Part shown: positions 17,407-26,690 of the stretch, in pieces | Layout: the number at the start of each line of letters is the position of its first letter | Numbering within the stretch: the first letter of the stretch is position 1 | DNA from: an uncultured Gemmatimonadales bacterium | GTDB lineage: Bacteria > Gemmatimonadota > Gemmatimonadetes > Gemmatimonadales > JACORV01 | Reading direction: 5' to 3' | Assembly (NCBI GenBank): GCA_963835535.1 | Contig: CAWIFL010000002.1 | Location: 582,405-646,404, forward strand | Length of the DNA: 64,000 bases | The notes under the pieces: model-generated | The model's database searches: none | What the model was told of the DNA's origin: nothing | Seen by the model: the letters and a program-made list of their open reading frames with translations, nothing else | Program-made: the position numbers and the translations under genes

Positions 17407-19131
17407 TCAGGCCGCCTCGAAGGCCACGAGCCGGCCCTCGACTTCGTCCCGACCCTGCCAGGTGTCGCGCTCCAGCCGCAGCGCGGCCCGGAACGGCCCC
17501 GAGGAGCCGCGGACCGCGCTCTCGATCTCCTCGCGCATCCCGAAGCCGACGAGCCGGAACGTCCCGGTGTCGTCGCGCACGCTGAAGCGGACGTGCTGAT
17601 CGCCCATCCGGCGCAGCGGGCCGGCCAGTGAGAGGCCGGTGAGCCCGAAGACCGCGCCCGGATTGCCGAGCCCCGTCGGCTCGAGGGCGCGGAGCGCCTG
17701 TTCCAGCTCGCGAGTCAGGTCGGCGATGGTGAGCACGGCGTCCACCCGGCGGCTCGGCGTCAGCTCCGCGGGCGCCACCTGCTCCGCGCAGGCGGCGTTG
17801 AACGCCTCGCGGAACGCGTCGAACCGGTCGCGGCGCACCGTGAGACCGGCGGCCATCCTGTGCCCGCCCCACCGCTCGAGGTGGCCGGCGCAGCGCTCCA
17901 GGGCGAGGTGGAGATCACAGCGCGCCACCGACCGGCCCGACCCCTTCCCCACGTCGCCGTCGAACGCCACGAGGAAGGTCGGCCGCGCGATCCGCTCGAC
18001 GACGCGCGAGGCGACGATCCCGATCACGCCGGGGTGCCAGGTGTCGCGCGCGAGCACGACGCCCACGTCGCGCGCCGGGTCGAAGGTCTTGTCCAGCTCC
18101 TCCAGCGCCTCATCCAGCGTGCGCTGGTCCAGCGCCTGCCGCTCCGTGTTCTGCCGCTCCAGCTGGGCCGCGAGCGCGTATGCCTCGGCGGTGTCGTCGG
18201 TGAGGAGGAGTCGCAGGCCGTCGCCCGCGTCGCCGACGCGCCCGGCGGCGTTGAGCCGCGGCCCCAGGGCGAAGCCCAGGTTGACCGCGCGGATCGGCTT
18301 CGTGCCGAGGCCGGCCGTGGTCACGAGGGCGGCGAGGCCCGCCGAGCGGCTCGCCCCGATCAGTTTGAGGCCGAGCCGCACCAGGATCCGGTTCTCGCCC
18401 ACCAGCGGCACCAGGTCGGCGACCGTCGCGAGCGCGACCAGGTCCACGAAGTGCCAGGGAGCGCCGGCCGGGACGCCGAGCGCGGGGGCCAGCGCCTGCG
18501 CGAGCTTGAAGGCGAGCCCCGTCGCGCACAGATCGGGGAATGGGTACGTGCTCTCCGGCCGGCGCGGATTGACCAGCGCGGCGGCCTCGGGCCGCACCGG
18601 GCCCGGGAGGTGATGGTCCACGACGATCACGTCGATGCCGGCCGCACGCGCCGCAGCGACCGCTTCGACGGCCGTGGTGCCGCAGTCCAGCGCGAGGATC
18701 ACCTGCGCGCCCGCCTCGCGCGCGGCGGCGACGCCCGCGGCCGAGAGGTCGTAACCGTCGCGCAGGCGATGCGGGATGAACGGCACGACGCGCGCGCCGC
18801 CCAGGCGCAGGACCCGCGTGGCGAGCGCCGCCGCGCACTGGCCGTCGGCGTCGTAGTCGCCGTGCACGAGGATGGTCTCCTGGCTCTTCACCGCGGCCGC
18901 GAGTCGCGCCACCGCGACCGCCATGTCGGGAAGGAGACCGGGATCGTGGAGATCGTCCCGGGAAGGCCGGAGGAAATGCCGGGCGGCGTCCGCCTCGGCG
19001 ACGCCGCGCTGGACCAGCAGTCCGGCGAACGGGAGCGGCGCGCCGAGCTCGCGCGCCAGCGCCGCTACGCGCGCCGGATCGGGCGTCGGCTCACACTGCC
19101 ACCGGCGGGGGAGCCGCTCATTCCTCCGCAT
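17407..19131 (-). CDS. recJ: single-stranded-DNA-specific exonuclease RecJ
   Basis: DHH family motifs (VHGDYDADG, VVDHH) and a DHHA1 region. I chose ATG 19131 (MRRNERLPRRW...); the upstream 32 aa of the ORF overlap the preceding gene. Confidence 0.9.
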   Translation of the reverse strand: MRRNERLPRRWQCEPTPDPARVAALARELGAPLPFAGLLVQRGVAEADAARHFLRPSRDDLHDPGLLPDMAVAVARLAAAVKSQETILVHGDYDADGQCAAALATRVLRLGGARVVPFIPHRLRDGYDLSAAGVAAAREAGAQVILALDCGTTAVEAVAAARAAGIDVIVVDHHLPGPVRPEAAALVNPRRPESTYPFPDLCATGLAFKLAQALAPALGVPAGAPWHFVDLVALATVADLVPLVGENRILVRLGLKLIGASRSAGLAALVTTAGLGTKPIRAVNLGFALGPRLNAAGRVGDAGDGLRLLLTDDTAEAYALAAQLERQNTERQALDQRTLDEALEELDKTFDPARDVGVVLARDTWHPGVIGIVASRVVERIARPTFLVAFDGDVGKGSGRSVARCDLHLALERCAGHLERWGGHRMAAGLTVRRDRFDAFREAFNAACAEQVAPAELTPSRRVDAVLTIADLTRELEQALRALEPTGLGNPGAVFGLTGLSLAGPLRRMGDQHVRFSVRDDTGTFRLVGFGMREEIESAVRGSSGPFRAALRLERDTWQGRDEVEGRLVAFEAA

Positions 19132-19822
19132 ACAGGAGTACGCCGCACACCTCGCAGCCCTCGATGGACTGCCCCTGCTGGATGAGGACGCGCCGCTGCA
19201 TCGGGACCGCCGTGTGGCAGTGCCCACAGGCGTCGTGCTGGAGCGGATAGAGCGCCGCCGGGGCGCGGCCCCGCCGGATCCGCTCGTACTTGACCAGCAG
19301 CGGCTGCTTCACGGCCTTCGTCGCCGCCTTCCGCTCGGCTTCCGCCGCCTCGAGCTGCGTGGCCAGCTCGGCCCGCTTCACGGCCAGCGCCTCGCGCGCC
19401 TCGGTCTGCTTCGCCACCACCGCCTGATGGTTCTTCTGCGCGTCCTTGACCCTCTTCTGCGCTTCGACGATGAGGTCGCCGCTGCGCATGTACTCGGTCT
19501 CCTCCTTCACGAGCACCCCGCGCGCCAGGTCCAGCTCGGCCATCAGCGCCGAGGCCTCCTTGGCGCCGCGCACGTAATCGAGCTGCTGCCGCCGCTGCTC
19601 CTGCATCCGCTTGTAGCCGGCGATGCGCTGCTCCAGCTCCACCTTGCGCGCCTCGGCCCCGGACGCCGCGCGCTCCGCGTCCTCCAGCGCCTTCGTGTGT
19701 GCGCCCAATTCCGCGTCGAGCGCCTCTTCTTCGGGGCGCAACGCGTCCATGGCCTTCTTCGCGGCGCTGACGGCCTTGTCGCGCTCCTGGAGCGCCAGGA
19801 GGGGTTCGAGATCGGGATGCAA
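19118..19822 (-). CDS. zinc-ribbon/coiled-coil protein (COG1579 / DUF164-like)
   Basis: 234 aa with a long coiled coil and a C-terminal CxxC...CxxC pair (CGHCH ... CEVCG). Confidence 0.75.
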   Translation of the reverse strand: MHPDLEPLLALQERDKAVSAAKKAMDALRPEEEALDAELGAHTKALEDAERAASGAEARKVELEQRIAGYKRMQEQRRQQLDYVRGAKEASALMAELDLARGVLVKEETEYMRSGDLIVEAQKRVKDAQKNHQAVVAKQTEAREALAVKRAELATQLEAAEAERKAATKAVKQPLLVKYERIRRGRAPAALYPLQHDACGHCHTAVPMQRRVLIQQGQSIEGCEVCGVLLYAEE

Positions 19823-19862
19823 CTCAGACTCCTTTGATTGACGTGGAACGTTGATGCGACCA

Positions 19863-21632
19863 TCAATGTCGTGGTTCCTGCTCCGCCTTCAGCGCCTTGC
19901 GCCGGAAGCGCATCGCGCCCCCGGAGATGAGCGCACGCTTCTCGTTCATCAGCTCGTCCTTCTCCGCCGCACCCGCCAGGCCGATCAGGCGGTCGATCTC
20001 CTCCAGGCGCTCGCGCTTCGGGCGATCCAGCACCCAGGCGATCGCCTGCACCAGGTCCACCTCGGGTTCGGGCCGTTCGTACGGCGCGGAGGCGAGCCGC
20101 TCCCACGTGTCGCGCTCGGCGCCCGCGTCCGGCGGGCCCGCGCCCGCGTAGAGCAGCTCCGCCAGGCGGCGGTAGACCGGATGCCGGAACTCGGTGGCCG
20201 GCAGCTCCGCCTTGACCCGGGCGACGTTCTCGGGCACCGCGAGCATCAGGTGGACCAGCGTGCGCTCGGTGGGGATCTCGGTGACCGGCCGCCCCGCGGG
20301 TTGCCGCTCGGGCTCGGGGCCGGCTCGCCCCCGTGCCCCCGTGCCCCCGTGCCCCCGTGCCTCCTGTCTTCCCACCTCCTGCTCCAGCACTTCCTTCCCC
20401 ACCCCGCTCCACTCGGCCGCGCGCGACATGTACAGCTCCCGCGTAATCGGGTCCTGCGCCGCGCGGATCGTGGGCAGCAGGCGGTCGAGCGCCTCGCGCC
20501 GGCCCTCGAGCGTGCCCGCCAGCCCCTTGCGGTCGAGCAGCTGGATCTTGCGCTCGAAGACGTCCACGGCCGCGTCGAGCAGGGCCTTGAACGCCTCCGC
20601 GCCGCCGCGCCGCACCAGGGTGTCGGGATCCTCTCCGGAGGGGAGCGTCACCAGGCTCACGCTCGCGCCCTGCCGGAGCAGCTCGTCGGCGTTGCGGAAC
20701 GAGGACTTCTGCCCCGGCGCGTCGGCGTCGTAGGCCAGCGCCACCTGCTTGGTGTAGCGCCGGAGGAGCCGCGCCTGCTCCGGCGTCAGCGAGGTGCCGA
20801 GCGGCGCGACCGCGTTCAGGATCCCCGCGGTCTGGAGCCGGATGGCGTCCACGTACCCTTCGACGAGGACGGCGAGCGACTCGGTGCGGATGGCGGTGCG
20901 GGCCCGGTCCAGGGCGTAGAGCAGCGTGCCCTTGTGGAAGACCGGCGTCTCGGGCGAGTTGAGGTACTTCGGCTCGCCCTCGCCGAGGAGGCGCCCGCCG
21001 AACCCGACCACGCGCCCGCGCACGTCGGCGATCGGGAAGATGAGGCGGCCGCGGAACCGCGGGACGACCGACTTGTCGTCCCGCTCCGTCACCAGGCCGG
21101 CCTTCCGCACCACGTCGTCCTCGACGCCGAGCCCCTTCAGCGCCTCGAGCAGCTCCTCGCCGCGCGCGGGCGCGAAGCCGAGCTGGTACTGGTCGCGCAC
21201 CGCCTCGTCCAGCTCGCGGCCGTCGAGGTAGTCGCGCGCCCCCTTCGCGTCGGGGGCCTCGCGGAGCCGCCGCGCGAACCAGTCGGCGGCCGTGCTCAGC
21301 GCGGAGTACAGCGGCTCGTTCGGGTCGGGCCCCGCGGTGCGCACGTCCGGCACGGCGATCCCCACCTTCGCCGCGATCTCGCGCACCGCCGTCGGATAGT
21401 CCAGCCCGAACCGCTTCATCAGGTAGGTGAAGACGTCGCCCGACTCGTGGCAGACGAAGCAGTGGTACATCTGCTTCCGCGGCACGACCGAGAAGTTGCG
21501 ATGCGTCCCGCCGTGGAACGGGCACGGCGCGCGCCAGTCGCTCCCCGTGCGCTTGAGCTCCACCGACTCGCCGATGATGGCGACGATGTCGGCCGCGTCG
21601 CGGATCTGCTCGATCAGCTCGGGAGCGATCAC
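19863..21632 (-). CDS. dnaG: DNA primase
   Basis: 589 aa with a zinc finger (CPFHGGTHRNFSVVPRKQMYHCFVCHESGD), a TOPRIM domain (LVEGYVDAI, AYDADAPG) and a C-terminal helicase-binding region. Confidence 0.94.
   Translation of the reverse strand: MIAPELIEQIRDAADIVAIIGESVELKRTGSDWRAPCPFHGGTHRNFSVVPRKQMYHCFVCHESGDVFTYLMKRFGLDYPTAVREIAAKVGIAVPDVRTAGPDPNEPLYSALSTAADWFARRLREAPDAKGARDYLDGRELDEAVRDQYQLGFAPARGEELLEALKGLGVEDDVVRKAGLVTERDDKSVVPRFRGRLIFPIADVRGRVVGFGGRLLGEGEPKYLNSPETPVFHKGTLLYALDRARTAIRTESLAVLVEGYVDAIRLQTAGILNAVAPLGTSLTPEQARLLRRYTKQVALAYDADAPGQKSSFRNADELLRQGASVSLVTLPSGEDPDTLVRRGGAEAFKALLDAAVDVFERKIQLLDRKGLAGTLEGRREALDRLLPTIRAAQDPITRELYMSRAAEWSGVGKEVLEQEVGRQEARGHGGTGARGRAGPEPERQPAGRPVTEIPTERTLVHLMLAVPENVARVKAELPATEFRHPVYRRLAELLYAGAGPPDAGAERDTWERLASAPYERPEPEVDLVQAIAWVLDRPKRERLEEIDRLIGLAGAAEKDELMNEKRALISGGAMRFRRKALKAEQEPRH
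20328..20359 (-). repeat. octamer microsatellite (CCCCCGTG)x4 inside dnaG; sense strand (CACGGGGG)x4
   Basis: Four perfect 8-nt units read directly. Translated as ARGHGGTGARG in the primase linker. Confidence 0.9.
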
Positions 21633-21644
21633 CTCGGGCGCGCC

Positions 21645-23708
21645 TCAGTGCACCGGGGAAAGCGTCGCCGCGGGCACGCGCACGCGCCGCCCGCGCACCA
21701 GGACCGTGGCCTCGTTGCCCTGCACCGTCTCGAGCTGCCCCTCGATGCCGAGCGTGGCGATGCGCACCCGGTCGCCGGGCGAGACCGGCCCGGCCGGGAG
21801 CTCGGGGAGCGGCAGCGGCGCTTCGTCGCGCGCTGCGGTGGCCGCGATCGCCTCCTCCACCAGCCGGCGCGCCTCCCGTTCCCGCTGCGCATCCCGTGCC
21901 AGCGCGATCGCCTTCTCGACCTCGGCGCGCGCCTCCAGCAGATAGGCGCGCTGCGCCTTCTTCCCGGCGCGCTCCAGCTCCTTTTCCCGGCGCCGCACGT
22001 CCTCCTCGCGCGCCGCCACCTCGGCGCGGGCGCGGGCGAGCCCGCCGTCCTCGACGTCCAGCTCCGCCTCCCGCGCGGCCAGCTCCGCGTCGCGGCGGTC
22101 CGCCTCCTGGATCCGCTGCTCGAGCTGGGCCAGCGTCGTCTCGAGCGCGCGCACGTCGGCCGGCAGGGCGCGCTCCGCCTCCTCCAGCACCCCCGCGTCC
22201 ACGCCCAGTCGGCGCGCGATCGCCAGGCCGTACGAGCGGCCGGGGATCCCCTTCGTGAACCGGAAGGTCGGCGTGAGCGTCGCGGCGTCGAACTGCAGCG
22301 AGCCGTTCACGATCCCCGGCTCGCGCTCGGCCAGCTCCTTGAGGGAGCCCAGGTGCGTGGTCGCGATCGTCGTCGCGCCGCGCGCCGTCAGGGCCCGCAG
22401 CACCGCGCCGGCGAGCGCCGCGCCCTCCGCCGGATCGGTCCCGGTCCCCAGCTCGTCGAGCAGGACCAGCGCGCGCTCGTCCGCGCCCTCCAGCACGTCC
22501 TTGATCGCCGCCACGTGGGCGCTGAAGGTCGAGAGGCTCTCCTGGATGCTCTGCCGGTCCCCGATGTCGGCGAACAGGGCGGCGAAGACCGGGAGCCGCG
22601 TCGCCGGCCCGACGGGCGGGATCACGCCGCTCTGGGCGAGGGCCACCACCAGACCGACCGCCTTGAGGAGCACCGTCTTCCCGCCCGTGTTCGGGCCGGA
22701 GACGAGGACGGTGCGCTCTTCCGGCTCGAGCGCGAGATGGAACGGCACCGCGGGCGCCTCGCCGCGGAGCAGGAGCGGGTGCCTCCCGTGCACGATGGCC
22801 AGCGCGCCGCCCTCGCCGACCTCGGGGCGGGTCGCCTTGGCGTCGAGCGCGAACCGGGCGCGGGCCGAACAGCAGTCGGCGGCGATGAGCATCTCGAAGA
22901 CGCCGTCGAGCGCGTCGGCGTGGGGCCGGAGCCGCTCGGTCAGGGTGCGGAGCACGCGCATCGCCTCGCGCGCCTCCGCGGCCTCGGCCTCGCGGAGCTG
23001 GTTGCCCAGCTCGATGGCCTCCGCCGGCTCGACGAAGAGCGTGGCGTGCGTCGCCGACTCGTCGTGGACGATCCCGCCCAGGCGCGAGCGCGCCTCGCGC
23101 CGGACCGGGATGACGTACCGGCCGCCGCGCAGCGTGGGCGTGGCGTCGGACGGGACGAGCCGCGCATCGAGCGACGCCGCCAGGGCGCCGAGCTTCCGGA
23201 TCAGCGTCTCGCGCACCTCGCGGACGTCGCGGCGCGCGCGGGCGAGGTCCCGCGAGGCCGCGTCCCGGACGAGGCCGTCGGGCTCGAGCGACGTCGCCAG
23301 CGCGTCCTCCAGCTCGCGCGGGGGGAGCGCCGCGGCGAGCGCCGCGACCAGCGGGGCCGTCTGCGCCGCCCGGGTCAGGCGGCCGTGCACGGCGCGGGCG
23401 GCGGCGAGCACGCGGCCGATCGCCGCCAGCTCCGCGCCCTCGAGCACCGAGCCCTCGAGGCGGAGCCGGGCCACAGCGGACGTGACGTCGTCGAACGGCT
23501 CGGGGGCGAGGTCGTCGCCGGCGCCGAGGCGCACGGCATACTGCTCGACGCGATCGAGCTCGTGCGAGACCAGCCAGGCGTCGGTTCGGGGGCGGAGGGC
23601 CCGGACGCGGGCGGCGCCCAGGGCGGAAACTGCGTGGTCTGCTACAAGATCGAGCGCGGCGTGGAACTCGATGGCGACGAGGGCGGGCTCGGCAAACCCC
23701 TCTCTCAT
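21645..23708 (-). CDS. mutS2: MutS2-family protein without a recognisable Smr domain
   Basis: 687 aa with Walker A GPNTGGKT, DELGTGTDP and a long coiled-coil C-terminal region. It ends at ...VRGRRVRVPAATLSPVH, 12 nt before dnaG. ATGA overlap with the yqeY stop. Confidence 0.88.
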   Translation of the reverse strand: MREGFAEPALVAIEFHAALDLVADHAVSALGAARVRALRPRTDAWLVSHELDRVEQYAVRLGAGDDLAPEPFDDVTSAVARLRLEGSVLEGAELAAIGRVLAAARAVHGRLTRAAQTAPLVAALAAALPPRELEDALATSLEPDGLVRDAASRDLARARRDVREVRETLIRKLGALAASLDARLVPSDATPTLRGGRYVIPVRREARSRLGGIVHDESATHATLFVEPAEAIELGNQLREAEAAEAREAMRVLRTLTERLRPHADALDGVFEMLIAADCCSARARFALDAKATRPEVGEGGALAIVHGRHPLLLRGEAPAVPFHLALEPEERTVLVSGPNTGGKTVLLKAVGLVVALAQSGVIPPVGPATRLPVFAALFADIGDRQSIQESLSTFSAHVAAIKDVLEGADERALVLLDELGTGTDPAEGAALAGAVLRALTARGATTIATTHLGSLKELAEREPGIVNGSLQFDAATLTPTFRFTKGIPGRSYGLAIARRLGVDAGVLEEAERALPADVRALETTLAQLEQRIQEADRRDAELAAREAELDVEDGGLARARAEVAAREEDVRRREKELERAGKKAQRAYLLEARAEVEKAIALARDAQREREARRLVEEAIAATAARDEAPLPLPELPAGPVSPGDRVRIATLGIEGQLETVQGNEATVLVRGRRVRVPAATLSPVH

Positions 23709-24151
23709 GATGTCGCGGCGAGTTCCTCGCGGGCGACGCGGTTGACGTCCTTCCCCTCCGCGCGCCCCTTGAACTGCGGCATCACGGTCTTCATCAGGGC
23801 GCCGAGGTCCCTGGCGCCGGCCGCGATGGCGGCGCGCACGGCCGCCCGGATCTCCTCCTCGCTCACCGCCGGCGGGAGGTACTTCTCCAGCTCGGTGATC
23901 TCGAACTGCTCCTTGTCGGCCGCGTCGCCGCGGCCGCCCGCCCGGAAGGCGTCGACGGACTCCCGGCGCCGCTTGATGCCGCGGCGCAGGACCTCGACGA
24001 CCTCGGGGTCCTCGAGGGCGTGCCCGAGCTCGATGTCGCGGTTACCGATGTCGGAGAGGATCGTGGAGTAGAGGAGGGTGCGGTGCTGGTCCCGACCCTT
24101 GCGCGCCGCATTCAGCGCGGCGCGGAGCTGCTCGGCGAGACTACCGTTCAC
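23705..24151 (-). CDS. GatB/YqeY domain protein
   Basis: 148 aa of typical YqeY sequence ([12 protein letters not shown]...[10 protein letters not shown]...ELEKYLP...[23 protein letters not shown]). Confidence 0.85.
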   Translation of the reverse strand: MNGSLAEQLRAALNAARKGRDQHRTLLYSTILSDIGNRDIELGHALEDPEVVEVLRRGIKRRRESVDAFRAGGRGDAADKEQFEITELEKYLPPAVSEEEIRAAVRAAIAAGARDLGALMKTVMPQFKGRAEGKDVNRVAREELAATS

Positions 24152-24332
24152 TACGGCTGCGGCGATTCTTGCGGCGCGCAGCGTTCATCTTGCGCTTCCG
24201 GCGCTCACTGGGCTTCTCGTAGTGCCGATGCTTGCGGAGGTCGGAGAGGATCCCCGCCTTCTCGCACTTCTTCTTGAAGCGCTTCAGCGCGCGCTCGAAG
24301 TTCTCGTCTTCGTGGATGATCACTTCAGGCAT
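24141..24332 (-). CDS. rpsU: 30S ribosomal protein S21
   Basis: [48 protein letters not shown]... I preferred ATG 24332 over TTG 24344. Confidence 0.9.
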   Translation of the reverse strand: MPEVIIHEDENFERALKRFKKKCEKAGILSDLRKHRHYEKPSERRKRKMNAARRKNRRSRSER

Positions 24333-24377
24333 GTAGCCCGCCAACCTCCAAGAGGGTGTATCCAGCGCAACCTTGAA

Positions 24378-24406
24378 AATTTACGCGGGTCAGTGTGGCC
24401 GGACAA
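24378..24406 (-). promoter_or_regulatory. candidate sigma70-type promoter of rpsU
   Basis: Minus strand reads TTGTCC, a 17-nt spacer, then TAAATT. This AT-rich patch lies about 45 nt upstream of the rpsU ATG, directly after the hinT hairpin. Confidence 0.45.
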
Positions 24407-24410
24407 GTAC

Positions 24411-24437
24411 GAGGGGTTAGGGGTCCCCTGACCCCTC
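24411..24437 (-). terminator. GGGG-heptamer hairpin after hinT (short member of the NTAGGGG repeat family)
   Basis: GAGGGGTTAGGGG-T-CCCCTGACCCCTC has 13-nt arms that are complementary except for one G.U position. It starts 7 nt after the hinT stop and has no U-tract. Confidence 0.5.
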
Positions 24438-24443
24438 TCCTTC

Positions 24444-24782
24444 TCATCCCGGAGGCCAGTGCATCGCCCGGCCGCCGAGCACGTGGACGTGGATGTGCGG
24501 CACGGTCTGCCCCGCCTCGGCCTTGGTGTTGAGGACCACCCGGTAGCCGCGGGCGGCCACCTTCTGCTGGCGGGCCACTTCCCGCGCCGCCACGAGCAGC
24601 TCGCCGAGGAGCGCCACGTCCTCGGCCTCGTTCAGGGACTCCACGTGCAGCGTCGGGATCACGAGCACGTGCACCGGCGCCTGCGGATTGATGTCCTTGA
24701 TGGCGATCACCGTGGGGGTCCTGTAGACGACGTCGGCCTTGACCTCGCCCTTGATGATCTTGCAGAACAGGCAGTCGTTCAC
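24444..24782 (-). CDS. hinT: HIT-family (histidine triad) nucleotide hydrolase
   Basis: 112 aa: CLFCKII, HIHVHVLGG. Confidence 0.9.
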   Translation of the reverse strand: MNDCLFCKIIKGEVKADVVYRTPTVIAIKDINPQAPVHVLVIPTLHVESLNEAEDVALLGELLVAAREVARQQKVAARGYRVVLNTKAEAGQTVPHIHVHVLGGRAMHWPPG

Positions 24783-24792
24783 CGCACCCTCC

Positions 24793-25545
24793 TCACTGGT
24801 CTTTCCGCCCCCTCATCGCCGCCGTCATCGCCAACGCCGCCACCGCCGCCGTGTCGAAACGCAGGGTGGACCGGCCCAGCGTCACCGGCTTGAAGCCCGC
24901 CCCCTTGAGCGCGGCCAGCTCCGCCTCGCTGAAGCCGCCCTCGGGCCCGATGGCCCACTGCACCGCCGCGCCCTCCCTGAGCGGCGGCATCGGGCCGCCC
25001 TCGGGATCGGCCAGAAACCGCATCGGGGCGTGCGCCGGGCCCACGCCGGGCGGCTGCCGGATCGCCTCGCCCAGCGAGACTGGCGTGCCGATGGCCGGCG
25101 TCCAGGTCGCCCCGCACTGCTTCACGGCCTCGCGGGCGCGCGCCGCCGCCTTCTCGACGTGCATCGCCTGGAAGCGCGAGGCCACGCCGGCCACCCGCTC
25201 CGCCAGCACCGGGACGATCCGGGTCGCCCCCAGCTCCGTCGCCTTCTCCACCGCGCTCAGGAACCGGTCGCGGTCCCCCGCGCCCAGGATCAGCTCGGTG
25301 GGCGGCGGCGCGCCGATCATCGTGGTGGCCATCACGCGCGCCGACACGATCCGCTCCTCGATCGAGATCCGCGCCGTCGCCACCGCGCCGCGCCCGTCCA
25401 CCAGCCGGATGACCGAGCCCTCGCCGACCCGCCGCACCTTGAGGTGATGCGCTTCGTCCTCGTCCAGGATGACGACACCGCCGGCCAGGAACGGCCCGCG
25501 CGCGACCACGGTCGCCGACGGGGGAGCGCCGCCCCTGAGGCTCAT
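24793..25545 (-). CDS. rsmE: 16S rRNA (uracil1498-N3)-methyltransferase
   Basis: 250 aa of RsmE pattern (EAHHLKVRRV, VEKATELGATRIVP, IGPEGGFSEAE). ATGA overlap with the dnaJ stop. Confidence 0.88.
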   Translation of the reverse strand: MSLRGGAPPSATVVARGPFLAGGVVILDEDEAHHLKVRRVGEGSVIRLVDGRGAVATARISIEERIVSARVMATTMIGAPPPTELILGAGDRDRFLSAVEKATELGATRIVPVLAERVAGVASRFQAMHVEKAAARAREAVKQCGATWTPAIGTPVSLGEAIRQPPGVGPAHAPMRFLADPEGGPMPPLREGAAVQWAIGPEGGFSEAELAALKGAGFKPVTLGRSTLRFDTAAVAALAMTAAMRGRKDQ

Positions 25546-26690
25546 GCGCCGAGCGCGTCCCGCATCCGGTTCCAGAACGACCGGCCGGCGCGGCCCGCGG
25601 GCGGCTCGCCCTCGTGCTGCGACAGCTCGCGGAACAGCTTCTCCATCTCGGGCGAGAGCCGCTCGGGCGTCCAGACGCCGATGCGCACGTGCAGGTCGCC
25701 CTTGCTCCCGGCGCCGAGGTGCGGCAGCCCCCGGTGCTTGAGGCGCAGCACCGTCCCCGCCTGCGTCCCCGGCGGGACCTTCAGCTTCTCGTCGCCGTAC
25801 GGCGTCGGCACGACCACCTCGGCGCCGAGCGCCGCCTGGCTGAAGGAGAGCGGGAGATCGTACACGAGGTCGTCCTCGTGCCGCTCGAACCGCTCGTCGT
25901 CCTCGACCTCCAGCATCACGACCAGGTCGCCGGCCGGGCCGCCGCGCGGCCCCGCGTGTCCCTGCCCCCTGAGCGTGATGTAGTTGGACGACGACACGCC
26001 GGGCGGCACGTCCACCGCGACCGTGCGGTCGGTCCGGGTGCGCCCGTCGCCCCGGCAGATCGGACAGGGCTCGGCGATCACGCGCCCCTCGCCCGCGCAG
26101 GTCGGGCAGGGCGAAACGGAGACGAACTGGCCGAAGATGGAGCGCTGCGCGCGCCGCACTTCCCCGCTTCCGCCGCAGGTCTGGCAGGTCTTCGCCGACG
26201 TCCCGGGCTTGGCGCCCGAGCCGCCGCAGGTCTCGCAGGGGACGAGCACCTTGTACTTCAGCGTCTTCTTGGCGCCCGTCGCCACCTCGGTCAGCGTGAG
26301 CGTCACCGCCGCCCGCAGGTCGTTGCCCTGGCGATCGGCGTGGTGCGAGTGGCGCCCGCCGAACAGGTCCTCGAATCCGCCGAAGCCCCCGCCCCCGAAG
26401 TCGCGCATGAAGATGTTGAGCGCCTCGGAGAGGTCGAACGCATGGAAGCCGTACGCCTGCCCCGCCCCGCCCTTGAGCCCGGCTTCGCCGTAGCGGTCAT
26501 ACACGGTGCGCTTCTGCGGGTCGCGGAGCACCTCGTACGCCTCGGTCACTTCCTTGAAGCGCGCCTCGGCCTCGCGGTCGCCGTCGTTGCGGTCGGGGTG
26601 GAATTCCATCGCGAGCCGGCGATACGCCTTCTTCAGCGTGGCCTCGTCGGCATCCCGGCTCACGCCCAGGACTTCGTAGAAGTCGCTCAT
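25542..26690 (-). CDS. dnaJ: molecular chaperone DnaJ
   Basis: 382 aa with a J domain (EFHPDRN), a G/F-rich region and four CxxCxGxG zinc motifs. Confidence 0.96.
   Translation of the reverse strand: MSDFYEVLGVSRDADEATLKKAYRRLAMEFHPDRNDGDREAEARFKEVTEAYEVLRDPQKRTVYDRYGEAGLKGGAGQAYGFHAFDLSEALNIFMRDFGGGGFGGFEDLFGGRHSHHADRQGNDLRAAVTLTLTEVATGAKKTLKYKVLVPCETCGGSGAKPGTSAKTCQTCGGSGEVRRAQRSIFGQFVSVSPCPTCAGEGRVIAEPCPICRGDGRTRTDRTVAVDVPPGVSSSNYITLRGQGHAGPRGGPAGDLVVMLEVEDDERFERHEDDLVYDLPLSFSQAALGAEVVVPTPYGDEKLKVPPGTQAGTVLRLKHRGLPHLGAGSKGDLHVRIGVWTPERLSPEMEKLFRELSQHEGEPPAGRAGRSFWNRMRDALGA

Noticed and set aside
19851-24071. Very long ORFs antisense to confident genes: the 1406-aa plus-strand ORF 19851..24071, and also 1521..3236, 3908..6319, 12721..14847, 55214..57235 and 57546..60584.
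   Set aside because: Their translations are Arg/Pro/Gly/Ala/His-rich low-complexity strings with no family resemblance. They lie exactly opposite genes with clear homology. Such stop-free shadow frames are expected in very GC-rich DNA.
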